From an uncultured Pirellulaceae bacterium (lineage in GTDB: Bacteria > Planctomycetota > Planctomycetia > Pirellulales > Pirellulaceae): a DNA stretch of 64,000 nt. Of this stretch, positions 28,268-38,277 are shown piece after piece (within the stretch, counting starts at the first letter, position 1; every line of letters starts with the position of its first letter). The DNA is taken from positions 1,559 to 65,558 of the forward strand of contig CAZVBC010000001.1 of assembly GCA_964625155.1 (NCBI GenBank). Reading direction: 5' to 3'. The notes beneath the pieces are model-generated. The model worked only from the letters and a program-made list of their open reading frames with translations, was not told the DNA's origin and made no database searches. The position numbers were made by a program, and so were the translations under genes.

Positions 28268-29518
28268 TTGGTAGGCAAGATCACGATTATTGGTATAGGC
28301 GATGACGGCTTGGAAGGTCTGACGCGTCAGGCCAAGGAGACAATCAAGTCGGCAGGAACCCTCATGGGGTCGGCTGGTTTACTAAAAAAGATCTTGGAAA
28401 CGGAGAACCAGCGCAGATTAACTTTGTCGGCTGACTTACAGCAAGTTGCCGCAATGGTGGAACAGGACAACCCGGAACCAGTCGTGTTGCTAACCAGTGG
28501 CGATCCGTTATTTTACGGTACTGCTAGGTATTTGTGTGAACGCTTTGGCAAGGACCGCTTCGACGTATTGCCGCATGTCAGTAGCATGCAACTAGCGTTT
28601 GCGCGGGTCAAAGAAAGCTGGGATGAGGCTTATCTTACCAACTTGGCATCACAAAACATCGAACGTGTCGTGGAGCGGATACGCAGTGCAGAAAAAGTAG
28701 GTGTGTTCACCACCGACGCCATCACTCCTGCTGTTTTGGCAACTGCACTGGTGGCGAAGGGTATCGATTACTTCACTGTCTACGTTTGCGAAAACCTGGG
28801 TTCACGCGACGAACGAGTAACTCGTGGAAAACTTAATGAGATCGTTGGTCAGTCGTTTTCCCCATTAAACGTAATGGTGCTGGTGCGCCAACCCAACGTT
28901 CCGGATCGCCCAGCGGCAATGCAAGGCAAGCGGCTCTTTGGGAATCCTGACGAATTGTTTCTACAAAGTAAACCTAAACGTGGTTTATTGACACCGTCAG
29001 AGGTGCGTTCGATTGCTCTAGCAGAGATGGATTTGGGGCCGACAAGCATTGTCTGGGACGTGGGTGCCGGTAGCGGTTCGGTTGCCATCGAGTCCGCGCA
29101 ATTGGCATCTGGTGGACAAGTTTACGCAATTGAAATGGATGCTGAAGACTACAATCTGTTGATTGAGAATTCGTCGAGATTTGGTACTCGCAATTTGGTC
29201 CCCGTTCTTGGAGAAGCTCCGGATGCTTGGGCTGACTTACCAAACCCAGACGCGATTTTTGTGGGAGGAACCAGTCGTACAGTTTCGCACCTTATTCAGT
29301 CGGCTTGGTCGCGTCTGCGTCCCAATGGTCGTTTGGTGATCAATGTTGCCAATCTTGAGAAACTGGTTGCGGTTCAGCGAACGCTGGAAGAGGTTGCAGC
29401 AGACTTTAGCGTCACAATGATCAATTTGGCTCGCAGTCAGAAACAGTTAGATGATCTACGACTGGAGGCGGCGAATCCATCCTTCTTGATCGTCGCCAAC
29501 CGCCGCGACAACGGATGA
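28268..29518 (+). CDS. cobL: Precorrin-6Y C5,15-methyltransferase (decarboxylating), CbiE/CbiT fusion
   Basis: N-terminal tetrapyrrole methylase 'ITIIGIGDDG...LTSGDPLFYG'. The C-terminal SAM-MTase is 'VWDVGAGSGSVAIE'. TTG start with GAGGAG upstream. Confidence 0.88.
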   Translation: MVGKITIIGIGDDGLEGLTRQAKETIKSAGTLMGSAGLLKKILETENQRRLTLSADLQQVAAMVEQDNPEPVVLLTSGDPLFYGTARYLCERFGKDRFDVLPHVSSMQLAFARVKESWDEAYLTNLASQNIERVVERIRSAEKVGVFTTDAITPAVLATALVAKGIDYFTVYVCENLGSRDERVTRGKLNEIVGQSFSPLNVMVLVRQPNVPDRPAAMQGKRLFGNPDELFLQSKPKRGLLTPSEVRSIALAEMDLGPTSIVWDVGAGSGSVAIESAQLASGGQVYAIEMDAEDYNLLIENSSRFGTRNLVPVLGEAPDAWADLPNPDAIFVGGTSRTVSHLIQSAWSRLRPNGRLVINVANLEKLVAVQRTLEEVAADFSVTMINLARSQKQLDDLRLEAANPSFLIVANRRDNG

Positions 29519-29531
29519 AGGCAATCCAAAA

Positions 29532-30275
29532 GTGAATACAAACATCGAAGACTTTCCCAAACTGGACGTAGTTGTCGTCGGGGCTCACCCCGATGATGTC
29601 GAAATAGCTTGTGGTGGTACGCTCGCAAAACTGACTGAGCAGGGCTACAAAGTTGGCATCATTGATTTGACCAACGGCGAGCCAACTCCTCGTTGTCCCA
29701 ATCCCGAGGTGCGCGAGGCCGAAGCAATGGAGGCGGCCAAAGTTCTGGGAGTTGCGGTGCGTCGCATTTTGGATCTTCCTAATAGACGATTGTTCGACAC
29801 GTTTGAGGGACGATGCTTGTTGGCCAAAGAGTTTCGAAAGTATCGACCTCGAATCGTAATTGGCTTTGGCAACAAAACGCCGATGGCTTCACCGGATCAT
29901 TATCAGGCCATGTTGCTCACCGATGCAGCGGTATTTTATTCGCGTTTAACCAAATGGGACGAGCATTTCGACGGCCTGCCCGTGCATACGATTTCGGCAC
30001 AATTATATTTTCAATTGGCCTTCGAACCGACAGCGATTGCGGGCATTGACGCTTGCGTTACCGTCGACATTTCCGATTACCTAGAGCGTAAACTCGCATC
30101 GATTGCTTGTTACCGGACACAGTTTCCTCCTGAGAAGCAAAGAGTGTTTGAACGAGTTCGGTCGACGGCTATATCCCACGGAACTGCTGCGGGATTCTCA
30201 GCCGGAGAGGTGTTTGCGTTGACGCGACCACTAGGTTGCCATGATTTGGTTAAAACGGTAATCCCTCAGCTCTGA
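29532..30275 (+). CDS. PIG-L/LmbE-family deacetylase (BshB1-like)
   Basis: 'VVVVGAHPDDVEIACGGTLAK' (AHPDD zinc-binding motif) and 'DLTNGE'. GTG start. Confidence 0.85.
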   Translation: MNTNIEDFPKLDVVVVGAHPDDVEIACGGTLAKLTEQGYKVGIIDLTNGEPTPRCPNPEVREAEAMEAAKVLGVAVRRILDLPNRRLFDTFEGRCLLAKEFRKYRPRIVIGFGNKTPMASPDHYQAMLLTDAAVFYSRLTKWDEHFDGLPVHTISAQLYFQLAFEPTAIAGIDACVTVDISDYLERKLASIACYRTQFPPEKQRVFERVRSTAISHGTAAGFSAGEVFALTRPLGCHDLVKTVIPQL

Positions 30276-30290
30276 TGTGGAACCGCGAAT

Positions 30291-31619
30291 ATGCAGCTCC
30301 CACCGCTGATTCGTCCTCAAGTTCATTCGCACCCAACGATTGATACAGCCATTTGGTTGCTACACCTTCGCTGGGTCGCAGTTGCCGGTCAACTGCTCAC
30401 TATCGCGGTAGTTTATTGGGTTTTACGAGTCCAACTGCCGTGGCTGGGGTTGCTGTCGTTGATCGGAATCACAGTAGTATCAAATCTTGCGTACTCACTG
30501 TGGCTCGCCTATTTGCGCCGCGAAGGGTTACAGCAATCAGATCGACTGCCGACTCATCAAGTCGTGGCGGGATTGATGTTGCTGGACATGTTAGTCTTAA
30601 CAGGCATGTTGCTGATCTCCAGTGGAGCTTCCAATCCGTTTGCCTTGTTTTATTTCGTGAACATTGCCGTATCTGGTGTGATTTTGACGCCGGCTTGGGC
30701 AGTGGGATTGTGGGCGATTACAGTCGGAGGCATAGCCATGTTGCTGACTTATAGTTGGCCGCTATTCTACTTCGATGGGACGTTGGCACTCGGAGAAGTT
30801 GAAGCTTGGTCGATTCGCAAGGCCGGTTACATGGTCTCGTTCACAACTTGCGGTGGCGTTATCACGTACTTTATCACCGTGCTGACAGGTGAATTAAAAC
30901 AACGTGAAATGGAGTTGCAAGCCGCCGAGGATGATCGAATTCGCAGTCGCCAGTTGGAGGCCCTAGGGACTCTAGCAGCAGGTGCAGGCCACGAATTGGC
31001 AACTCCACTTTCCACCATCGCCGTTGTAGCAAAGGAGCTGGGACGCAATCTCGAAAAGTATGATGTGCCATCCTCGATAAAGCACGATGTAGGTCTAATT
31101 CGTTCTGAGTTGGAAAACTGTCGCCGCATTCTCGAAGGCATGCGTAGCGCGGCTGGCGAAGCGGCCGGTGAACGATTTGATGCGATCGACATTCAGGCAT
31201 TTATCGATGAGATCTTGGTCGGAATTCGGCAAGCAGAACGAATTAAAATCTCTGTTTCAGACAAAGCCAAGGCGATCAAAAACCTGTTACCCATCCAAGC
31301 AACGGCACAAGCGATAAGAAATCTAATTCAAAACGCTCTCGATGCTAGCCAACCGGGTGCCGACGTGCGGTTAAACGCAGATGCAGTTGGCAATTCTTGG
31401 TACATTACCATCAACGATCATGGTGATGGCATGACTCCCGAAGTCCTCAAGAGAATTGGCGAGCCGTTTTTTACAACCAAAGAGCCAGGGCGTGGGATGG
31501 GGTTGGGGTTATACTTGACGCACAATGTTCTGCGGCGGCTGAACGGAACGCTCAACTTCAATAGTCGTGCTGGTCACGGCACAACGGCGGAAGTGGTCTT
31601 GCCTATCAAGAGTGCATGA
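30291..31619 (+). CDS. Membrane sensor histidine kinase with no adjacent response regulator
   Basis: About 5-6 N-terminal transmembrane segments. H-box 'GAGHELATPLSTI', N-box 'IRNLIQNALDAS', G1 'NDHGDGM', G2 'GMGLGLY'. Confidence 0.9.
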   Translation: MQLPPLIRPQVHSHPTIDTAIWLLHLRWVAVAGQLLTIAVVYWVLRVQLPWLGLLSLIGITVVSNLAYSLWLAYLRREGLQQSDRLPTHQVVAGLMLLDMLVLTGMLLISSGASNPFALFYFVNIAVSGVILTPAWAVGLWAITVGGIAMLLTYSWPLFYFDGTLALGEVEAWSIRKAGYMVSFTTCGGVITYFITVLTGELKQREMELQAAEDDRIRSRQLEALGTLAAGAGHELATPLSTIAVVAKELGRNLEKYDVPSSIKHDVGLIRSELENCRRILEGMRSAAGEAAGERFDAIDIQAFIDEILVGIRQAERIKISVSDKAKAIKNLLPIQATAQAIRNLIQNALDASQPGADVRLNADAVGNSWYITINDHGDGMTPEVLKRIGEPFFTTKEPGRGMGLGLYLTHNVLRRLNGTLNFNSRAGHGTTAEVVLPIKSA

Positions 31620-31620
31620 A

Positions 31621-33024
31621 ATGTGGTGCTTGGCAAAACTGATTGTTTTCGTGATTGTTCTGGTAACCTTCACTGCCAATTTACGAGCTGATGCGCGTCC
31701 TAACATCTTGCTGATCGTCAGCGACGACCAGGGTTGGCCCGATCTGGGGTGCATGGGAGTTAAGCCCATTGAAACACCCACGCTGGATCAACTCGCAGCT
31801 CAAGGAGTCCGAGCGACCAGTTTTTACGTGACATGGCCTGCGTGCACACCTTCGCGCGGTAGTATTCTCACCGGCCGCTATCCGCAACGGAATGGTCTTT
31901 ACGACATGGTCCGTAACGACATGGTGGATTACGGTCATCGCTACACCAGTGAGGAGTATGCTGTTTCGCCAGAAATGACATTAGGGCTGGACGTACGCGA
32001 GAAAACGATCGGCAATGTTCTCCAGGCTTCAGGCTACCGCACGGCGGTCGTGGGTAAATGGGATATGGGGCAAGCCAAGCGGTTCTTGCCATTGCAGCGA
32101 GGATTTGATTTTTTCTATGGACACGGCAACAACGGCATCGACTACTTCACCCACGAACGTTATGGCGTACATTCCATTTTTCGAGGCAACCAGCGGTCAA
32201 CCGAAGATCGTGGACAGTACATTACCGACGTGTTTGAACGCGAGGCATTGTCATTCTTAAAGGACACCGACGAACGTCCTTGGTTTTTGTACTTGTGTTT
32301 CAATGCGCCACACGGCGCTTCGTCCTTTGGTACAGACGTACCGGGCGAGAAAAAGAAAGTTGGGGTGCAAGCGCCACCACAGGTTGTCCAACGTCAACTC
32401 GATCGTGGTGTCCCGAAGAATCTGGCACAATATTATGCTGCTGTTAGCCACATGGATCAGTCGATCGGACGGTTGGTCAAATACATCGAATCCACGGGAC
32501 AATCGGACAATACGTTGATTATGTTTATGTCCGACAATGGTGGTTCAGGCAACGGTGGGAATTCGCCATTGCGAGGCCAAAAATCAACGATGTGGGAAGG
32601 TGGCCTGCGAGTCCCATTCATTGCACGCTGGCCCAGTAAGCTTCCGGCAGGGAAAGTTACCGAAGAATTTCTCACGTCGCTGGAATTGTTCCCAACTATC
32701 GCTAGCGCTGCGCAGGCACGCCCAACAAGCGACCTAAAACTGGATGGTTATGATATGATCCATACATTAGCGGGCGAGAAATCGTCGCCACGCGAACAAA
32801 TGTTCTGGAAACGACAAGGAGACAAGGCCGCTCGCTTCGGCAAATGGAAATGGTTGCAATCAGCGAAAGGGAATGGCTTGTACGACCTTTTATCTGACCT
32901 AGGTGAGTCCCATGATCTGTCAAGCACTCACCCTGAAATCTTGAACCAAGTTCAGGCTGCCTTCCAAGCCTGGGAAATGGAGATGAATTCTTCGGAGCCA
33001 CGCGGCCCATTTCGAGACTATTAA
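31621..33024 (+). CDS. Sulfatase (formylglycine-dependent)
   Basis: The ATG at 31621 lies 1 nt after the kinase stop codon. Signal peptide 'MWCLAKLIVFVIVLVTFTANLRA'. 'PNILLIVSDDQGWPDLG' and 'CTPSRGSILTGRYP'. Confidence 0.9.
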   Translation: MWCLAKLIVFVIVLVTFTANLRADARPNILLIVSDDQGWPDLGCMGVKPIETPTLDQLAAQGVRATSFYVTWPACTPSRGSILTGRYPQRNGLYDMVRNDMVDYGHRYTSEEYAVSPEMTLGLDVREKTIGNVLQASGYRTAVVGKWDMGQAKRFLPLQRGFDFFYGHGNNGIDYFTHERYGVHSIFRGNQRSTEDRGQYITDVFEREALSFLKDTDERPWFLYLCFNAPHGASSFGTDVPGEKKKVGVQAPPQVVQRQLDRGVPKNLAQYYAAVSHMDQSIGRLVKYIESTGQSDNTLIMFMSDNGGSGNGGNSPLRGQKSTMWEGGLRVPFIARWPSKLPAGKVTEEFLTSLELFPTIASAAQARPTSDLKLDGYDMIHTLAGEKSSPREQMFWKRQGDKAARFGKWKWLQSAKGNGLYDLLSDLGESHDLSSTHPEILNQVQAAFQAWEMEMNSSEPRGPFRDY

Positions 33025-33027
33025 AGC

Positions 33028-34332
33028 TTACTGTTGTGAGTCGTCAACGGTCTTGGGCTTTGTTTGCCCTTCAGACTGTAACGCAATTTTGGGATCGAAC
33101 GGTTTTTTTTGTTCGTACAAAGACATGACCTTTTTGGCGAATGGCTTCTGAACTTCGTTGGATAGTTCAATCACTTTTTCTTGCCAGCCGATCGCTTTCT
33201 CGAACTGGCCGTCAGCCGCGAGAGCCGCAGCGAGGGCAGTCAGGTCATTGATATCTTTGAATTCGCTCAGTTCACACGCAACTGAAGCCGCCTCGATTCC
33301 TTGTTTTGCATCGCGCAGTTTGCTGTCATCGGCAAGCGAATGCAACCAGGCTTTATTTTGATAAGCCAGTCCATACTTGGGTGCTAACTTGATGGCCTCA
33401 TCATAATCGGCCAGTGCCTCTGGATACTTGCCAAGCTGTTGGAAGTTATACCCTCGGTTATTGTAGGCCACGGCCGTTTCCGGTGACAGTTCAATTACTT
33501 TGGTAAAATCCTTCACGGCTGTGGCGTGATCACCTTGCTGGAAACGTACAAAACCTCGTCCCATCCAGGCCATGATGTCCGTGGGGGCCAATTCGATAGC
33601 CTTATCGTAATCGCGGATTGCTTCGTCCAGCTTGCCTGCGATCTTGTGAGCAACAGCTCGCTGTTGGTAGAGTACCGCATTGAGCGGCTTTAATTCTACC
33701 GCGCGAGTGTAGTCTTGAATGGCTTCATCTACTTTACCGCTGGTCATATAGACGCTGGCGCGATTCAAATAGGTCGCATCGTCTTTGGGATCTTTCTCGA
33801 TCGCGAGCGAGTAATCGGCAATCGCCTTTTCGAAGTTACGCAGTGATGCGTGAAACATGCCGCGACTAGCAAACGCGTTGGGGGACTGGTAACCCAATTC
33901 AATCGCCTTGTCGTAGTCAGCCAGAGCCTTTTCGATTTCGCTCAACGCCCACCAAGCACCAGCCCGCAATGTGTACAGCCGCCCCTCACTTTTGTTCGCT
34001 TCAATCAATTCGTTGTAGATATCGATTGATTCAGCTAGTTTTACCGCGTTGTTCTTGGCTACAGCCCCTTTGTGACCATTAAAGGTCTGTATCACATACG
34101 AATCCGTTCGCTCAGCTAAGACAGTCAGCAAATCCCCTTTCTCGATCACATCGATCACTTTCTCACCTAAGGTGAGCTTCATTTCCAAGCGAGCAACCAG
34201 AGGTTCACGACTCGACGGCTTCGCTGATTGCGCAGATTGATTGGCTTGCTGAGCAAAGGCGCAATTGCCTAGCACGAAGCTCAGACAAAAAAGCCAAGTA
34301 CCCGTCGCTAGTAACACGGTGGGTAAGTACAT
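33028..34332 (-). CDS. Secreted tetratricopeptide-repeat (TPR) protein
   Basis: Signal-like start 'MYLPTVLLATGTWLFCLSFVLGNCAFA' at the internal ATG 34332. At least 8 tandem TPR units ('AIADYSLAIEKDPKD', 'AIQDYTRAVELKPLN', 'AIRDYDKAIELAPTD', ...). Confidence 0.85.
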   Translation of the reverse strand: MYLPTVLLATGTWLFCLSFVLGNCAFAQQANQSAQSAKPSSREPLVARLEMKLTLGEKVIDVIEKGDLLTVLAERTDSYVIQTFNGHKGAVAKNNAVKLAESIDIYNELIEANKSEGRLYTLRAGAWWALSEIEKALADYDKAIELGYQSPNAFASRGMFHASLRNFEKAIADYSLAIEKDPKDDATYLNRASVYMTSGKVDEAIQDYTRAVELKPLNAVLYQQRAVAHKIAGKLDEAIRDYDKAIELAPTDIMAWMGRGFVRFQQGDHATAVKDFTKVIELSPETAVAYNNRGYNFQQLGKYPEALADYDEAIKLAPKYGLAYQNKAWLHSLADDSKLRDAKQGIEAASVACELSEFKDINDLTALAAALAADGQFEKAIGWQEKVIELSNEVQKPFAKKVMSLYEQKKPFDPKIALQSEGQTKPKTVDDSQQ

Positions 34333-34414
34333 GAGCTGACTAACGAATTTAGAATTGGGAGCCGGACAGTCCGCGTTGGGGCAACGTAGCAGCTCGCTTA
34401 GGTCCACAAATCTT

Positions 34415-35737
34415 CTAGCGTCCATTCTTAGCAACTTTCAACATGTAATTGACAAATTGTTGGTCCATCTTTTCGATATCTTCACCAAAATGCTTTTTAA
34501 ACAGCTCCAGTCGCTCACGTGGTAGACACTCGCCAAGTGGTTTAAGCTGGGACAGTTCCTTCATGTATGTAACAAAACTATCTCGTTTCGTCTTCAGTAG
34601 GTAATAAGTCAAAGCCCAACTCTCGGCGTAAGCAGATTGTGCGGTCTGGGCGTTTCGTACTCGGTCATCCTGTGTGATGAGTGTAACGAGCGAATCGCTG
34701 GGACGTTGAGGGAGGAATCTGCGGAAATTCTGGTAATTGTGCAAGTTGACTTTACCGATAGTTCCCCAGCCCTTGGGATTGGACAAATCTGGCGACTCAA
34801 AGAACATGGCTAAACCTTCGCTAACCCAAAGAGGATTGTCCGCCAGCCGCACTTGAAGCCCAGAATTGTAGGCGAGTTGGTGTACAGCTTCATGCACAAT
34901 GGTCGCCACAGTGCGCTCAGCCTGGGGCTGCGCAAGTACCTGGTTAATTAACTGTTGAGTGCGTGGCCGACTCCCGGTCTGATTCAATCCATCAGCCCCG
35001 GTTAAATCGAAAGTTACCACGCGATTAGTTTGCACATGATAGTATCCGATCATCGATTCCGCTGAGTCCCCCAACTCCCGTTTGGCAAACATGATGTACG
35101 CTGGCCTTGTATCAAATACGTAGGCCACCAATGGAAATCGCGGTTCCTGCAATCGTATTCCCAAATTCTTCCAATAGTTGTTAAACCCGCGGTAGAGCCG
35201 CTCGAACAACTCACCGACCCATCGCGCGTAGGTCTCGCTGGTGTTGTAGACAATCACATAATGAGCGGTCTTGTGGTGCAAGAAACCAGCCGGCAATTCA
35301 TGCTGCGCTCGCTCTAGAATCTCCTCACTCGACACCGGCTTAAACGGCTCGGACGAATCCGCAGACGCGAGAATATCCGCAGGCTGTACCATCCATAATC
35401 GACCGTCAGGTGTCAGAAACAACATGCCACCATCGGCAGCTTGAACAACTACTTCGCCTACGGATCGAGTGGTCCCACCCTCGTGTTTGAACTCGACAAC
35501 CTTGGTCTTGGCATCAATAGACGCGGTACCCAAGCTCTTCCCCTGCGCCAATCCTGTGCCAGAAATGAACATCGACAATACCCATGCCAACCCAATGCGA
35601 CTAACTCGCCCACTTCGCCGTGCAGGTGTGTCGAACGCGCACTCCATTGCTTTTATCTTGAACATTGGACGCTCACGTAGAAGACCATTAGGATGACTGA
35701 ACAATCGCCCTGTTCTCCAAGAATGAAAACACTTCAT
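34415..35737 (-). CDS. DUF1570-like protein with an HExxH metallopeptidase motif
   Basis: 'VATIVHEAVHQLAYNSG' (HExxH) and 'WVSEGLAMFFE'. The N-terminal signal is 'RIGLAWVLSMFISGTGLAQG'. Architecture and size are typical of Planctomycete DUF1570. The start is uncertain, with three in-frame Met codons. Confidence 0.7.
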   Translation of the reverse strand: MKCFHSWRTGRLFSHPNGLLRERPMFKIKAMECAFDTPARRSGRVSRIGLAWVLSMFISGTGLAQGKSLGTASIDAKTKVVEFKHEGGTTRSVGEVVVQAADGGMLFLTPDGRLWMVQPADILASADSSEPFKPVSSEEILERAQHELPAGFLHHKTAHYVIVYNTSETYARWVGELFERLYRGFNNYWKNLGIRLQEPRFPLVAYVFDTRPAYIMFAKRELGDSAESMIGYYHVQTNRVVTFDLTGADGLNQTGSRPRTQQLINQVLAQPQAERTVATIVHEAVHQLAYNSGLQVRLADNPLWVSEGLAMFFESPDLSNPKGWGTIGKVNLHNYQNFRRFLPQRPSDSLVTLITQDDRVRNAQTAQSAYAESWALTYYLLKTKRDSFVTYMKELSQLKPLGECLPRERLELFKKHFGEDIEKMDQQFVNYMLKVAKNGR

Positions 35738-35945
35738 AGTATGAAGCGACTGTTTGAGACTGAGTTTATTAGTTTATCGAATTTCTGGCCGAGTGGGAAA
35801 GTGGGCGTGAGCTGAACAAGCGGAACCGGGATTCGGCAATTTCTTATTTGATTGGCGCGAAATTTGGAGTGTTGGCGATCTCAACGTAAAACTACGAAAT
35901 GATCGGAGTATTCTCGCAAAGTCTAACAACAATCCTGGAAATGCG

Positions 35946-37547
35946 ATGGCAAGTCACAACATTCTGGTTCCATTCGATTTTAGTGAATTTAGCGTACGCG
36001 CCCTAAGTGTAGCTTGCGATTTAGCAAAGTCATTGAATTCCGAAGTGTACTTGGTACACGTCCGCGAAGGTCAACAGGACCCGGATACTCATCGCAGCAC
36101 GCTGGAACAGTTGCTGGCAGTCGTATTGCCCACTCAAGAACTGCAAAATGTCGTACATCGAGAAGTCATTTACGGAGTTACTCATGAAGAATTGCTAAAG
36201 TACGCGCAAAAGATCCATGCAAATATGATTGTAATGGGCACGCGAGGGCGATCTGGCATCGTGCAATTGGCCATGGGAAGTGTCGTCCAGCGAATGCTGC
36301 GAACTGCCCACTGTCCAGTCGTGGTAGTGAACTCTGAGAACGCTGCCGAAATTGTATTTGACGAAGCTGACGAGAAATATGAATCCATAAAGTCGAACGA
36401 GACACCTGCGGTAGATTTGATAGCACGTGCACTGAGCCTCCGGGCAACGGACATCCATGTTGATCCAAGCGACGATCGGCAGTATTCGGTCCGTTTGCGC
36501 ATTGATGGCAAAATAACTCCCTATTGCATGTTAGATGATGGGGTGGCCAGTCACCTTATCAACCAGTACCTGACTATGGCTCGGATCGATATGGCGGATC
36601 CTTTTCGAGCTCGTGAGGGAAGGTTGCAACTTCCGGCACACATGCAACACATCGAAGTACGTGTTACAACTTCGCCGGTGGCTGGGGGTGATGCTTTAGC
36701 CTTGAGGCTGTTTGCTAAAGACAACGTGTTCTTATCTCTCGACAAGCTTGGTTTTAGCGGCCAGAGCCTAGTATCAGTGCAGCGCATGCTGCATGGTAAC
36801 GAAGGTCTGGTGTTAATCACTGGGCCGACGGGCTCAGGCAAGACAACCACTGTGTATTCAATGCTCGAGTCTTTCGGAGGGCAGCATCACAATATCGTCT
36901 CTATCGAGGATCCGGTTGAATTCTCCGTGGGATTTGTGCGTCAGTTATCCGTCGACGAACGCCATGGTGTCACGATGTCCAGTGGCTTGCGGACTTTGTT
37001 ACGCATGGATCCGGATATTATCTTCATTGGTGAAATCCGCGATCCCGAAGCTGCTGGCATCGCATTGCGTGCCGCCAATTCTGGCAGATTTGTATTCAGT
37101 TCATTACACACACGCGATGTCGCGGCGACCATTACAGCGCTGCGCGATCTGGAAGTCACGGATCATTCACTGGCAGGCAACTTGGTTGGAATCGTTAATC
37201 AACGTCTTGTGCGTCGCTTGTGCTCGAACTGCAAGAAGACACGCCCAATCGACGCCCACTGTCGAGAGACATTTGCCGCTGAAGGCATCGAGCCTCCTAC
37301 TGACGTTTCCGATGCTGTAGGATGCCCAAAGTGTCGAGAATCTGGCTATTACGGTCGATGCGGGGTCTTCGAAACCATCGTTTCTTCGAACGAACTTGCC
37401 CAAGCAATCGCCGCCGGTGCCCCAGAGGCCGAACTGCGTCGCATCATCCGAGCTCTCGGAAATGCAAGTCTTACCGCAGATGCACTGTGCAAAGTTCGAG
37501 ACCATATTACGAGCTTCGAGGAAGCCATGTCCGCCCGTTGGCTGTAA
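35946..37547 (+). CDS. Universal stress protein (Usp) domain fused to a GspE/PilB-family secretion ATPase
   Basis: The N-terminal ~135 aa has 'ILVPFDFSEFSVRAL...MIVMGTRGRSG...GSVVQRMLRTAHCPVVVV' (UspA fold). This is followed by 'ATDIHVDP...RLRIDG', Walker A 'GPTGSGKTTT', 'DPDIIFIGEIRD' and a tetra-Cys 'CSNCKK...CPKCRESGYYGR'. Confidence 0.85.
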   Translation: MASHNILVPFDFSEFSVRALSVACDLAKSLNSEVYLVHVREGQQDPDTHRSTLEQLLAVVLPTQELQNVVHREVIYGVTHEELLKYAQKIHANMIVMGTRGRSGIVQLAMGSVVQRMLRTAHCPVVVVNSENAAEIVFDEADEKYESIKSNETPAVDLIARALSLRATDIHVDPSDDRQYSVRLRIDGKITPYCMLDDGVASHLINQYLTMARIDMADPFRAREGRLQLPAHMQHIEVRVTTSPVAGGDALALRLFAKDNVFLSLDKLGFSGQSLVSVQRMLHGNEGLVLITGPTGSGKTTTVYSMLESFGGQHHNIVSIEDPVEFSVGFVRQLSVDERHGVTMSSGLRTLLRMDPDIIFIGEIRDPEAAGIALRAANSGRFVFSSLHTRDVAATITALRDLEVTDHSLAGNLVGIVNQRLVRRLCSNCKKTRPIDAHCRETFAAEGIEPPTDVSDAVGCPKCRESGYYGRCGVFETIVSSNELAQAIAAGAPEAELRRIIRALGNASLTADALCKVRDHITSFEEAMSARWL

Positions 37548-37739
37548 TCGCGTTGAGCTCTATGCGGATATGCGGCTATCAATTTTAAGAAAATTTGAAC
37601 TGAGTTGCATTTGCTCAACAGATTGGATAAATTACCTCCACTAACCAGACATGGCTGTCCTGTTAGCCTGTGGAGTTTAGGTTTGGCGCAAAGAATGCTG
37701 CCACATCGACCAATTGTTTTCAAAAACGGGGAAGTAAGT

Positions 37740-38156
37740 ATGAGCAGATCGCTGAGCGTCACTTTAGTTCTGGGGGCTCTGATAACTCTTTCGGTCGCCG
37801 CATCGGCGCAAGTCAAGAAAGGCAAAACTCGCCCGCTGACCACCAAACAATTGATGGGTGCCCTGGTCAAGCCGCATTGTGCTGATCTCGGCACAGCTTT
37901 GAAAAATGCTCCAACAGACGACAAGGGTTGGGCTGAATTGGCTACCAAAGCCGCCCTATTAAATGAATCCAGTTACATTCTGATGGCCGATGGTCGATGC
38001 CCAGATGGAGTATGGAAGGATGCTGCCAAGGCGCTGGAAGATGGTTCGTTGGCCGTATTGGCAAAAATCGAAGCCAAAGACGCCCCTGGCGCTTTAGAAG
38101 CGATGAAGGGCGTTACCGGTTCTTGCGGAGCTTGCCACAAAGCTCACAAGAAATAA
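37740..38156 (+). CDS. Cytochrome c' (class II cytochrome c)-like periplasmic protein
   Basis: Signal peptide 'MSRSLSVTLVLGALITLSVAASAQ'. It is about 138 aa and helical, with a heme motif 'CGACH' five residues from the C-terminus, as in class II cytochromes. Confidence 0.72.
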   Translation: MSRSLSVTLVLGALITLSVAASAQVKKGKTRPLTTKQLMGALVKPHCADLGTALKNAPTDDKGWAELATKAALLNESSYILMADGRCPDGVWKDAAKALEDGSLAVLAKIEAKDAPGALEAMKGVTGSCGACHKAHKK

Positions 38157-38191
38157 CGCACTCCTAATTGCCTATCTAAATTAAACTACCA

Positions 38192-38241
38192 GCCGCCAAC
38201 GTGTTCGTATTAATGGACAACACGTTGGCGGCTATTTTTTT
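38192..38241 (+). terminator. Rho-independent terminator
   Basis: A perfect 14-bp stem, 'gccgccaacgtgtt' / 'aacacgttggcggc', with a 13-nt loop, followed by 'tattttttt'. It lies 36 nt after the cytochrome c' stop. Confidence 0.85.
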
Positions 38242-38277
38242 CCTGAGCAGCGTACTGGCTTGGTAAGAACGTGCTGG

